Origin: Perkinsus chesapeaki ATCC PRA-425
Taxonomy: Eukaryota; Protista; Perkinsozoa
NCBI GenBank assembly: GCA_013115145.1
Contig: JAAPAO010000231.1
Location: 1 to 49,369, forward strand
DNA length: 49,369 bases
Direction: 5' to 3'
The translations under genes and the position numbers were made by a program. Under the pieces are notes generated by a model that was given only the letters and a program-made list of their open reading frames with translations, did no database searches and was not told the origin of the DNA. Shown here one piece after another: positions 1-10,993 of this stretch; positions within the stretch are counted from its first letter, which is position 1; each line of letters begins with the position of its first letter.

Positions 1-735
1 CTGTTTAGGCGTACTGCCAGCGCAGAAGGCCGGCAAACACTCCAACGGGGCTTTGAGAATTTATTAATTTTCATGACTAACTTATTGAGTCTCTTCACCA
101 CTATCACCATGCGCGACAACGTGCATTCGCGCACATATGGGGAAGCTGCACACGTGAAATTCGCGAAGAAGTTGCCCTTGAAATTTCAGTTCCCCAGAAA
201 AAAAAAGCCCCGTGGCATTGGAGGTGAGGACACATAGAAGAGAGGAAGCCGATGGAAAGTCCATAGCTAATCCTGAGCGATGCTCGCACCATGAACTCTT
301 TAAATGAAAATCATTTTAAATAAAATGTAGCATCGACAAAGCTGCCCAATTCTGAATCATCCTGTATGACATCTTGGGATTGAAATTAATATATATTCTC
401 TTCTTTATAATATAGTGTATTATTAACCCTCCCCTTACCTCCATCTTCCATACCATAAGCTTCGGAAGGTACTTTGGTACATTAATAGTTCATGGTATTC
501 ATTAACCTGACTCAGACGTTATTTCCCTCCCTAATCTGAACAACCCGTGATAGCCCGACATTTTCGAGACCCATCAGAAACTGCCTGTATTCCTCATCGC
601 CTCGACGAGTAACATCTTCAATGTAGTAGCAAACAAATAATAAAGTACGTGCCTTAGTCGACAGAAAACATCAAAACACTCCAACACAAAACGGGACAGA
701 CTGCCATGGAAACATAAGCATCGGAAACGTGAGCT

Positions 736-3700
736 CTAGGATATCTCATAGGAATCCATGCCAACACGCACTGCCATCACTCGCTCGACACAACTGTCCC
801 GTGCAGATGCCAAAAGTGATCGAGGAAGGTCCGGACAGCCACTCGATTCGTATCTGTGAAACTCGGCGTCACATCACACAGGTATCAATCTTACATCAGT
901 GAATTAGATTTAGGCGCACGGCCAACTCTGCTGGCTGCCAAGGCTTGTAATAGCACTTTTTGATAGCGCTTATATCGAATCTTAGGGAGGAAATGGAGAA
1001 TACGGTATGAAGAATCCTATTACATCATTAACTCCAGTAAGAACCATCACTCCGCCCGGAACAAGCTGATCCGCCGCCATCGACAGGAGCTGCTTGAGTC
1101 GGTCTATATCCGCACCCAACTCGCACGGCGGCGTCAGAAGCAGCAAATCGAATTCACCAGCGGCTCCCTAATAAAGATGCCGATAAGTCATCCAATAACA
1201 AAGGGAAAGAACCCCACTTGGACATTCATCAGAAATGTATTATGAATATTCTCTATAGAATAGCACTGAAATCTAATTAATAATTCATCTCTTATTTACT
1301 ACGTTCTGTGTTTTCCCTTAAAGGCGGTATTATATTCCTCCTTTGAGGTAATATTACTCTCCAAGTAATAACAGTATCGTTTCACCTACTAACGCCTTCT
1401 AATCTATTTTATACACTGAAAGTTGCTCCAGTGCGCGTAGCTATTCGAGCCATCTTCAAAGCCTCAGCGACTCTCGCTTAAGAGAGCGCATTCAACCACT
1501 GACGCGCTCCGGGCACGAAAAAGACACATCAAATTATCGGGGGAAATAAAATATTGGCACCAAGATTTGAACCCGGGTCGTCACCCTGCCAGCCAAACAA
1601 ACTACCTTCTGCGCTCTTTCTTCCAGCCAAACTGTAGGCACCTCATGCTCCGTCACAAAACGACTTTCAATGCTATTTAAACTTATCGATTCCTCCACTG
1701 AACGGCAAAATCTAGCCGACGGCTCCACTGCGACTATCATCGCCTGACATTCAGCAAACAATATCCCCCTCTTCCCTAAATCATACCCAGCTTCCTATGC
1801 TGATACGAAGACAATAAATTCCATGAAATCTCATTCAACTAGATATTCATCTAACATTGTTAACTGCTAATTTACATGTCAATATAGTATTAACGAGGAG
1901 TCTGATTTTTGAAATCCAGTAATACGTATAAGACTAGAATTAGCAGACGGTGAGAAACGGACACTACTGGAATAACCTACCTGCGTTCAACTAGCCCCAT
2001 CGTAAATCGCTCTATTAAATCAGCTTATAATAAGCACTGTTAAACAGCAAATGATAAGAAACATAATAAGTACGAGCTTAAGGGTAGCACTATCACTCAC
2101 TTATTCATCACATTCACCCTAGCCGGGACGAGACCCCTGGTAAAACTTAGATCAATAGAGCAGCTTTATTATTATACACCAATGGACCTATCCGACGTTA
2201 TCTAGTACTAATCAAGGCGTTGCTTTAGACTTCTCAATTACCAACCATATCTCCTTCCCACTTTGATCACAACATCCTCCTTGCCAGTAAGAGCCCCCAG
2301 TATTACCCGATCGCTTGTCCTCGCCTCCTCCAGTAGCCTACCCGTCGCCACGGCAGCTCGACCAGCATCACCATACAGTGCCAATACTTTTCGACGAGTC
2401 GCTTCAGGACGAGCCAGCCGCAGATAAGTAGGTAAATTGCGGATCAGCTCGGCATCTCGCATGGAGCTACCTGAGAAGGGAGGGAGTGATGCTTAGTCTG
2501 ATAAGGGTTGATTGTTATTTTTTTTCAAGTATTTGTATCTTGCCTCGATACACTACTATCCACATTTAATGGCTTCTCTGGACCTTCTTATTATGAACTA
2601 TGTTTAAGCATTTATATATTAATATTGTTATTATAATTAAACCTAGTGACCCATAGTTCTCTATCAGCAATAAAAATATCTAGATGACTCATACGGCGAT
2701 CGAAACCCCCCCTACAGAGTGGCTTACTAACGTTAAGCCTTCTACCCTCTATACAGATATCGTATATTATACACAATAGCTTTGAAAGTAAATAATAGTA
2801 AAAAGTAATATAATCAAGCACTAATGTATAATAACAAATCTCATTACAGATCCGTTTACCAGAGCTACACTAGTACACTGGCCCAAGAGATTCGGTTGGA
2901 GAAAACAGCCAATACTATTATTAAAGGTATGCTTCACTGCATTACACAGCTCACATGGCTAAGATGATGAATGACACCGATCCCGCCCCTACGGAAAGTA
3001 TCTCAACAGCCCTATCGATACTACCTAACCGAGGTCCTCCACTGTCCACAGTATTCCTCAATTTTGTACCACAAAGGTCTTCCCCGTTCTCAGTACTAAA
3101 TGGTCCCTCTTCAGCTGACCAGACCACACGAGACCGTAAAATCGGTAGTAGCTCCAGAGACCGACAGATAGGATCCACATCGTGACATAGGTGAATCTAG
3201 AGGGAAAGATAGTCTTACTGATTAAAGGAAGGACTTACTTTTTTCAAGGTGGGAAAGACTACCCTCAAAGAAGATACTATAAGGTCGATTTGGCGGTCCA
3301 TGAACGCTGTAGTGGGAGAGATGCAAGCTTCATTCGGAGATATGATGTCGATGTATCTGGTGGGGCTTTTGGAGTGGCTAAGAGTGGAAAGCTTACAAGC
3401 CAGGAAGGTGGTCACCATCGCTGTTGATAAGCTGAGCTCAAAAATATCCAAAAAGATACTTTTGAAGTTACTCACTCTGAAGGATTTCTCTCGAGGTCGA
3501 CCGAAAGCCGCTGTTCGTGCTTGAAGCGCTCGAGTGAATGCAGTGAGGAAATAATTATGATCAATTATGGTCTGTGAATTACGATGGAGTATCCTGAGGT
3601 TAAGCATGCATTTGATAAGCTTGAAAGATACGCTACCTGCATGAGGTGTACGCCGATGGGTTATAGGAAGCCACACCATGTGACGTTCCAGGTGACCCAA

Positions 3701-3923
3701 CGATTTCGACAAGACCAACTTCCGTCCCTCGTCCGGCCGACTTCTTGATAACGTCATTCGCTTGCAACGCCAGAGGCTATCAAGTTGACTTGAAAAGTAT
3801 CCAAAAAGATACTCTCACCGGCAAAGGTAAGCTCGTCATTTTCTTTAGTCCAACCTCACTGAGTTGTACTTTAGGGATCCTCTTGGATGCCTCCTTCAGA
3901 AGACACGGTGGAACTCGTCGCAT
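736..3923 (-). CDS. Multi-exon RlmI/YccW-like (PUA-associated) SAM-dependent RNA methyltransferase homolog with divergent catalytic motifs
   Basis: Manually spliced exons give GVASYNPSAYTSCR|ILHRN...ALQARTAAFGRPREKSFR|LINSDGDHLPGL|YIDIIS...MDRQIDLIVSSL, RKVLALYGDAGRAAVA, VAVEPSARFC, GEFDLLLLTPP, LVPGGVMVL and GCPDLP. These follow the order of RlmI-family motifs, and the resolved junctions are GT-AG. Start, end and some middle exons are approximate. Confidence 0.8.
1547..1605 (-). other. tRNA-like 3' fragment (T-arm/B-box plus T run) at the 5' end of intron 1168-1605, sense to host gene
   Basis: Minus strand reads GTAGTTTGTTTGGCTGGCAGGGTGACGACCCGGGTTCAAATCTTGGTGCCAATATTTT directly after exon EERAQK. 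The exon joins in frame to GAAGEFDLL. Confidence 0.6.
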
Positions 3924-4220
3924 CAATCAAGCTGAAGGTCGTGGATTTAGCTTAGATCCCGGGATCGATCCCAGCAATGTCACTTTTTCTTTCTTTTTCC
4001 GCTGCCCCTGTTCATCGGGCACCCTCATATTTCCTTTATACCGACTTTTCCGATGTTTAATGCCTTCTGGCGTCTACCAACATGGCTTTAACTATGACCG
4101 GTGGTTGTGATTTGCATGAATCTTGCAATCTTGCATTTCCTCAACTTTTCAAAATATAGCCTGATCGATTTGCACTGATCTCGCAAGCCTCACGGTCTAC
4201 CAAGTGCGTCTTGACACAAG

Positions 4221-4714
4221 ATGACTGCCTGCCTCAAGAAGACTCGTAAGCATAGAGGAAACGTTTCCCACGGCCACGGTCGTATCGGAAAGCACCGTAA
4301 GCATCCCGGTGGACACGGTAACGCCGGTGGTCAGCATCACCATCGTATCAACTTTGATAAGTACCATCCTGGTTACTTCGGTAAGGTTGGTATGCGTTAT
4401 TTCCACATGCAGAGGAACAGGTAATAGGAATAGTATTTTTGGGATAACAAGTTTTACTGTATTCGTTCAGATATTTCCGCCCTGAGGTAAACGTCGAGAA
4501 GCTCTGGTCTCTTGTGTCCGAGCAGACTCGTCTCCAATATGCCGATAAGAAGGATAAGGCCCCTGTAATCGACTGCACTAAGGCCGGTTACTTCAAGGTC
4601 TTGGGCAAGGGCAACCTCCCCAAGCAGCCCGTCATCGTTAAGGCTCGTTTCTTCTCTAAGAAGGCCGAGAAGAAGATTCAGGCTGCTGGCGGTGTCTGCG
4701 TGCTTACTGCTTAA
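4221..4714 (+). CDS. RPL27A: 60S ribosomal protein L27a (uL15), two exons, intron 4421-4470
   Basis: [26 protein letters not shown]...[24 protein letters not shown], spliced in frame to [18 protein letters not shown]...[39 protein letters not shown]. Confidence 0.97.
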
Positions 4715-5802
4715 AGAATAAGAAATAGGTTCCCATTGCTTATTGAAACGGCAGCAGTTCGTTGAGCGCTCTGGCTGGAAGTCATCTCAATAATGATTAT
4801 TGCGTTATTAGTGTTGTAAATATCAGCAGAATAGTCCTTGGTGCATCTCTTCCCATTTGGTCGGATGAATTTTCTCTTCTATGTGACGTCGTCCTGCAAG
4901 GTAGGATCGACCTGTGTTTTCCTGTTAATGTTTTCTTGTGCGCTTGGCATTTGATCATTATCGTTTTGAGATACGTAGCTGTTACAGGGAGGACATCTCC
5001 GAGGAGATTGTGAAACCAGAATCTCCCAGAAAAACTTTCACTTCTTCAGTTCCGAGAGTACTTCCATTAACTACATGAACTACATGTTAAAGACAAGGAG
5101 CTGTTGGAGGGACCGACGGACCTGAGGGAACATTCAGCTTTCCGCTAGGCTCCTTCACCGTTGAGTGCCAAAGAGCAGCATCAGTAGCAGCCACATGACC
5201 TCTTCCACAAGACGACTGGGATGTTTCATGCACAAAAGGCCTACTGAGGGCTGCTGTAGAGCAGATGCCAGCTCCTGTACAAACCAAAGCGTTTCCATCC
5301 TTTGAAAACATGTACCTTCGTGTAGCCCACTTTGGAGAGTAATAGACACTCGCATCCAGTGATGAGATATGATCCGGAGAATGGTTAAAATTCAGGAAAT
5401 ATTAATGAGGACATCTAGCCAACACCGCCAAATGCTTTCACTGTCCTCTACCACACATTCATCGAGCTAACAAACTCGCCGCCGCTTCCGCGGGCATTTG
5501 CTCGGCAGGCTTTAAGTGTCGCTTTGCATAGCATCGTAGTCCCGGTCGCTGCCTGGGATGGAGCGATTCTTCTGCTGTGGCTGGTTCATCCAGCGAAGTT
5601 GTCTCATTGTCACACTTGGTCATTCTCACGAACGCTCTTTGAGAGAACTTACTGCACAGGTTTCTGAGGGATACTTTTTGAAATGGGATTATCTAGTTTA
5701 TAATCAACCTGCTAAAAGGTGGGTTATTGCTAATGACGCCAAAGGAAACCCTCCGGAGCACATCATCTCAGTGGGCACGCGCGCGCGTAGTTCATTCGAA
5801 CA

Positions 5803-5830
5803 GTCGCTCGCCTTAAGAGACGAGACATGT
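5803..5830 (+). promoter_or_regulatory. Conserved upstream element of the GDDG secreted-protein family, copy A
   Basis: GTCGCTCGCCTTAAGAGACGAGACATGT, about 108 nt before ATG 5938. Near-identical copies lie at 8742 and 9119. Regulatory role is inferred. Confidence 0.55.
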
Positions 5831-5937
5831 GGCAATTGAGCAGCATAATATTTCCATTATCTGTTCTATTATCTTATTCACTTGTTAATGTGATATAGTG
5901 TGTGATAGTTTTATTTCGTATCTGTTAATAAGATTAA

Positions 5938-6909
5938 ATGATCTTTCAATCATCTATCTGTCGTATTATTATTGCATGTCTAATGTTGGTAGTATCACAA
6001 GTTAGAAGTAGGGCAGTTAAGAAGATGCCACCAGCACATTTCATATTCGGAGATGATGGCCACGGTAGAAGATATTATGTAGATGTTATCCCAGAAGGCA
6101 TGGAGCTGGTTCATGAAGGGCGTGCTGAATATAAGGTAGGCGACTATGACATCTTTCAAAGAACCATTCATCTGAATTCCTCGGAGCGAGGGCCTCCCAG
6201 TCTGCACATGACGGCAATCGAAAGGGAGAGTGGGTCCCAGAACTTCCAAACCACGCTAGAAAGGTCCGCTAATACACTCGTGTCTAGAATCGTGCTTCTA
6301 CGAGACGTACGCGAAATGCCTGGATCTCAAGCGGAAACCAGGGATGTCAGGGGCGAGGATGAACCTATTCTCAAGTCCTTCAATGAGATGTACCGAAATG
6401 GGAAACTTCTATACATGCAGTTCCACGAAAATGACAAACCTGCCTCAAATGCTCTTTACTATGGATTTAATAAAGATGGATTCGACATCCAGATAAGTAC
6501 AGATGGCAAGGGAATGATTAAATCAGTAGTGAAGAATGATCCTAGAAAAGCTGACTATGATGGGTTGGTCTATGTAATGTATGGCAAAGCGATGATGGAT
6601 GTGATACTGTTCAACAACGATGAGGCACTTTATATAGAAACCGAGCAAGTTGACAAAGCCAAGTTCAAGGGAAGGGAGACATTTGCCGAGTCCCGCATGC
6701 CTATGATGAGAGGAGAAGTTCTCGACGAGAATCAGCTATCAACATTGCTAAACTTGGAAGACACGGAGCCTGCTAGAAGCCCGAAGACTTCATCCGTGGT
6801 TAACTTCTTATCATCGAAATTTGGTTTTGGTAAGAAGCGTCAATATCGCCGAGTTGGCAGCCACTCTTCGAGCGAGGATGATGAGCAGGAATCACTCCTC
6901 GGCGAGTAA
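5938..6909 (+). CDS. Intronless secreted protein, GDDG-motif family paralog 1 (323 aa)
   Basis: Long ORF with an N-terminal hydrophobic signal peptide (IIIACLMLVVSQVRS) and FGDDGHGRRYY. Its core NALYYGFNKDGFDIQISTDGKG is shared with 9240-10403. Confidence 0.9.
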   Translation: MIFQSSICRIIIACLMLVVSQVRSRAVKKMPPAHFIFGDDGHGRRYYVDVIPEGMELVHEGRAEYKVGDYDIFQRTIHLNSSERGPPSLHMTAIERESGSQNFQTTLERSANTLVSRIVLLRDVREMPGSQAETRDVRGEDEPILKSFNEMYRNGKLLYMQFHENDKPASNALYYGFNKDGFDIQISTDGKGMIKSVVKNDPRKADYDGLVYVMYGKAMMDVILFNNDEALYIETEQVDKAKFKGRETFAESRMPMMRGEVLDENQLSTLLNLEDTEPARSPKTSSVVNFLSSKFGFGKKRQYRRVGSHSSSEDDEQESLLGE

Positions 6910-6951
6910 AAAGCAATGGTGAGAAGAGGAGAGTGTTGGTGTTAATAATCA

Positions 6952-7105
6952 ATAAAAGATATAATCCATTAATAGTCTATAAATAATATTTTTTTGATAT
7001 TATTTTATTATGATGTTATTAATAATACCAAAACCATTATTCATTTGTATGTTGTATGACACCATGATGTTTATCAATCAACTCATACCGAGTTTTGTTA
7101 AAGTT
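6952..7105 (+). repeat. 154-bp 3'-flank element, copy 1
   Basis: Matches 10444-10597 with 3 mismatches by eye. A degenerate inverted partial copy lies at 7553-7628. Confidence 0.95.
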
Positions 7106-7552
7106 CAAGTTGCAGTCGAAGGCCGTCCAAAGGCACTGCACTCCGAGTTAGGAGTGAGTTAAAGGCCATATCGTATCGCGAGACTTGAGTGCTTCTCATC
7201 TTTCATTGGTAAACATTGCCCTTTATGTGCGCATGCAGACCAATGTGATGGTTGTTCACGCCTTAGAGGCGGACCTTCACTTTCACCAACTCCCAGTCAA
7301 CTGCTAGAACCTGTTAACACTACAAATGTCAACAAGTGGGGGAAAAGGCCTGTCAACTGTGTTTAACGTGACTCGTAGCGCGCTAATCGAGACGTGTTGG
7401 GCGAGGTCACTCGCGTCCTCGGGACCCGGTCGTGTCCCAGCTGACAGATCGACAGATGACTTTGCAAGTTCTTATATAATTTCTTCAGAACATGCATGGA
7501 AGATGTCGAAAAGTGACAAGATCTTCAAACGCTTTTCATATGTATCAATCTT

Positions 7553-7628
7553 GAGAAACTCGAACAAGACTCGGTATGGGTTCAATTGATAGACACGCTG
7601 TCATACAACATACAAATGAATGGTGGTT
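7553..7628 (-). repeat. Degenerate partial copy of the 3'-flank element, downstream of paralog 2
   Basis: Reverse complement AACCACCATTCATTTGTATGTTGTATGACAGCGTGTCTATCAATTGAACCCATACCGAGTCTTGTT aligns with the core of 6952-7105. Confidence 0.85.
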
Positions 7629-7725
7629 CTGGGATTTTTTGAGTAGCGGAAGTACTTTAATAGACTATCAATGTATTATATGTTTTATTGATTAAACATA
7701 AAATATAACAGCAAAAGTCCTCAAT

Positions 7726-8571
7726 CTATTCGTCATTCTCTTCCAACAGTCTATCACTTGTTTGACCCTCACCAGGCCTACGAGGTTTTGATGAAGGAAG
7801 CAGTTTTCTGAATGATCTCCTCAAGCGGCTCATACGTGACGGTTCCTTTCCTAGCTGCTCCGGACCGCCTCCCTCTTTCTTCAATGTTCCATCATCCTGT
7901 ACCAATGGTCTCTCCATAGCCTCATCTTTACCGTGTCTACGTAATCTTAATGGAGGAAGCGTCTTTCTAACCGATCGCTCTATGCGTGTCATGCGTGGTG
8001 TATAACTTTCGGACTTGAGCAAACCTGCCAGCTGATTCTTGGTGAGTGGCATCGAAGCCTGTGAAGGTGTCCACTCATCAAGCTCGTGTATGCTAATGGG
8101 TCCAAGCATACGTAACTGACCTTCGGCGCAGAGTTTATTCAGCTGTTCGACGAGAGGGTCCTTGTTCAACAAGGCTTGTTGGACAAGGTTCTGCCTGGGA
8201 TCGCCCTCCGTGTTCCGTCTTCCGTGAAAGTTGCGGGTCTGAAATCCTGGAAGCAAGATGTATCCGATATTTTCACCGTTGTGAAGAAATATCGCGAACC
8301 ATGAATGTTGTCGTCTGTATTGAGCAGCACGAACTTCTTAACCCCGCCATTTTCCTGCACAGCATAGTACAATGCCGCGATGATACTAATGTTTCCGGAT
8401 GATGCTTACCTTTGATTTCTCACTTGTAGTAGCGTCTCTTATAGCCGCTTGGTACTTCGTACCCTTCCCATCATCCCCCACCAAAGCATAGAAAAGTTCC
8501 TCCGAAGATGCCGTCTGTAACATTAGGGCTACAATTAGCGGCAGGCTTCGGAGTAAGGACGGAGTTCTCAT
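7726..8571 (-). CDS. Secreted protein, GDDG-motif family paralog 2 (shorter, probably two introns)
   Basis: Signal peptide MRTPSLLRSLPLIVALMLQTASS and VGDDGKGTKYQ. DPLVEQLNKLCAEGQL matches EPILKSFNEMYRNGKL, and LTKNQLAGLLKS matches LDENQLSTLLNL. The first intron is GTAAG...TGCAG; the second (GTTCGC...CCAG) is inferred to restore frame. Confidence 0.75.
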
Positions 8572-8741
8572 TTGAACCACTTCGAAGCTAACGCGGTGGA
8601 ACAGAGTATATCTCGAGTGTAAGGGTGTTTTTTCGCGGTGGACGAAGAGCAGCCCTTTATAACGTCCCTTAGGCGAGAGAAGCGGGGTGCGTCTAGATTT
8701 GGAAAGCATCCCGCTGTGTATGTATCACATTCAGACCGCCC

Positions 8742-8768
8742 TCGCTCGCCTTCAGAGACGAGACATGT
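8742..8768 (+). promoter_or_regulatory. Conserved upstream element, copy B (between divergent paralogs 2 and 3)
   Basis: TCGCTCGCCTTCAGAGACGAGACATGT differs from copy A by one base. Confidence 0.55.
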
Positions 8769-9118
8769 TATACTTGTTAAGGTCGGCAACAATTGACGGA
8801 CAACTTTACAACGGTTAATTCCAGTAAGGCTATCGATACGGAACTAGTACACTTGTACCATTCCTTATAGTCAGTATTGCTCCATGCAGTTGGTACTGCT
8901 TTTCCCACAGATTTGCGCTAAGTATGTCAATTCTGTCCCTTTTCTTTACAGCAATTGCTGGTGATGCAGACCTTTATCCTAGATCCTGAGTTATGTCTTC
9001 TATTTGGACGGTCCTCAGAGTTTGGGTAATGGTATCACTGTGACACTGTTGCTTGTCGACTCGTAAATTGTGAGAAAAGCTTGACACGGGCATGCGCGAC
9101 ATGATGCAGTCAAAACTC

Positions 9119-9140
9119 CGCTCGCCCTTAGAGACGGGAC
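9119..9140 (+). promoter_or_regulatory. Conserved upstream element, copy C
   Basis: CGCTCGCCCTTAGAGACGGGAC, about 100 nt before ATG 9240. It is followed by TGAGCAGC, as is copy A. Confidence 0.5.
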
Positions 9141-9239
9141 TTTTTGAAAATGAGCAGCTCAATAATTCCTTGAGAGGCTCTCGATATTGATTGGTTATAA
9201 TGCGTGGTAGTTTAAGTTCATTTCGTTCATTCCGATCAA

Positions 9240-10403
9240 ATGAGATCACCCGTATCGATGCTTTATCGTATAGTCATATTCGCAGCATTAGTTGTTCCAC
9301 AGACTGAGAGCAGTGTGAATGGGGAAACGAGACCAGCAATAATTCTGATGGGAGATGATGGGCAAGGCTCGAGATATTACGCCAAGTTGGCTACAAAAGA
9401 CACGTTCATGACAAGCGTGGACCGGGAATCATATGAGCGGGATGGTTACACATGTATGAGGTCAGACTCAATATTGAACCGAGCTAACAAAGAGGGATAC
9501 GACCGTATGTGGGGTTATACAGTCAGTGACAGTGGTGGCTCTCTCGGAGAGGTGCTTAAGGGCTACATTAGCATTTCCGATAAAGGTTTCCTAACTGCTC
9601 TCGATCGATACTCAACTATATCTGACATGGACAACGGAATTTCGCGACCGCCGGCTGTGCCTGACATTCCTCGGCCCGATTTGATCCTCGAATCTTTCAA
9701 CAATTTGTATAATAATGGTAAAATGCTCTACCTCGAGACCGGCGATCATAAACCGTCTCCGAATGCTCTCTACTATGGATTTAATAGCGACGGTTTTGAT
9801 ATTCAAATCAAAACTGATCAGAACGGTCTAATAAGCTCGGTGAAGAACCATGATCCAAATGGAGTCAGCTACAACAGGTTGCTCTACACCATGTACGGAA
9901 GGGCCATGATGGTGACACTGCGCAATGAGATTAAACAAAGGATGATAATGACCGAGCCTGTTGACAAAGATAAATTTGATGGCACGAACCAGAGCTTTCC
10001 AGCAGCTCGCTTGGATACTCTCGAGGGGATCCCTCTTCGGAAGGGACAGCTGCCACAATTATTGAAGTCCCAATCACCACCCGAGGGCGAACCGTCTGCC
10101 AGCGGGGAATCAACATTGGCTCCCTTCTATAGAAGGTTCCGGAACTTGCTTCCTGCATTAATACCACGCACACGTGGTGTGAGAAAAGATGATGGTAAAA
10201 GATCGACAGAAGATGCAGTGCGCTCCCTCACCGATATCTTGTCACCGACAGGACAGGGAGACAGTGCGGACAAACCAGAACAGGAAAAGACACACGGTAC
10301 CCATCGGGGGAGGTCTCTTAGGTTACCGCATCTTCGATCAAGAACTCGTAAGGGTGGTGAGAGTGGACCAAAATATAGACAGTTGGAAAAGGATGGCGAA
10401 TAG
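9240..10403 (+). CDS. Intronless secreted protein, GDDG-motif family paralog 3 (387 aa)
   Basis: Signal peptide (IVIFAALVVPQTES), MGDDGQGSRYY, PSPNALYYGFNSDGFDIQIKTD core, and a charged low-complexity tail. Confidence 0.9.
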   Translation: MRSPVSMLYRIVIFAALVVPQTESSVNGETRPAIILMGDDGQGSRYYAKLATKDTFMTSVDRESYERDGYTCMRSDSILNRANKEGYDRMWGYTVSDSGGSLGEVLKGYISISDKGFLTALDRYSTISDMDNGISRPPAVPDIPRPDLILESFNNLYNNGKMLYLETGDHKPSPNALYYGFNSDGFDIQIKTDQNGLISSVKNHDPNGVSYNRLLYTMYGRAMMVTLRNEIKQRMIMTEPVDKDKFDGTNQSFPAARLDTLEGIPLRKGQLPQLLKSQSPPEGEPSASGESTLAPFYRRFRNLLPALIPRTRGVRKDDGKRSTEDAVRSLTDILSPTGQGDSADKPEQEKTHGTHRGRSLRLPHLRSRTRKGGESGPKYRQLEKDGE

Positions 10404-10443
10404 ATGGAGAATTGTTGGTGTTACTATCTAATATATTTAATCG

Positions 10444-10597
10444 ATAAAAGATATAATCCATTAATAGTCTATAAATAATATTTATTTAATATTATTTTAT
10501 TATGATGTTATTAATAATACCAAAACCATTATTCATTTGTATGTTGTATGACACCATGATGTTTATCAATCAACTCATACCGAGTTTTATTAAAGTT
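10444..10597 (+). repeat. 154-bp 3'-flank element, copy 2
   Basis: Near-identical to 6952-7105. Starts about 40 nt after the paralog 3 stop. Confidence 0.95.
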
Positions 10598-10993
10598 GAA
10601 TAGTAAGAACACACGTATTCGTTCTCCCAAACGCTTACGCCTGTAAAGTAGTCCCTTAACTGTTGTATGGCTAATAACTTGCCGCTTCGGGTTCAATGTG
10701 CTCTCGGTAACGAAAACGCGTTCTGAAGACTCAATGACTTTCAACCTCACCGTTTCTGTGTCCATTTCCGCATCGGTTTGCCTTCACCTTGTGACTCTTG
10801 CCACCACGAGCGACAAAAGACCACGGATGGAAGACAAGGAGCTACTATTCGATGAAAGCGGTTCTGTAACGGATCTACTATTTATACGAGTTTCTTAAAG
10901 TCACTAACTTCGTTTGCTTGGCAGCCATTCTCATATTCACAAACGTAACATTCAGAACTCAGATTATAAAATATTGTTAAGTTGTTATCATCA

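Noticed and set aside
4760-5560. Short minus-strand ORFs between RPL27A and the secreted cluster
   Set aside because: No recognisable motif and no consistent splice path.
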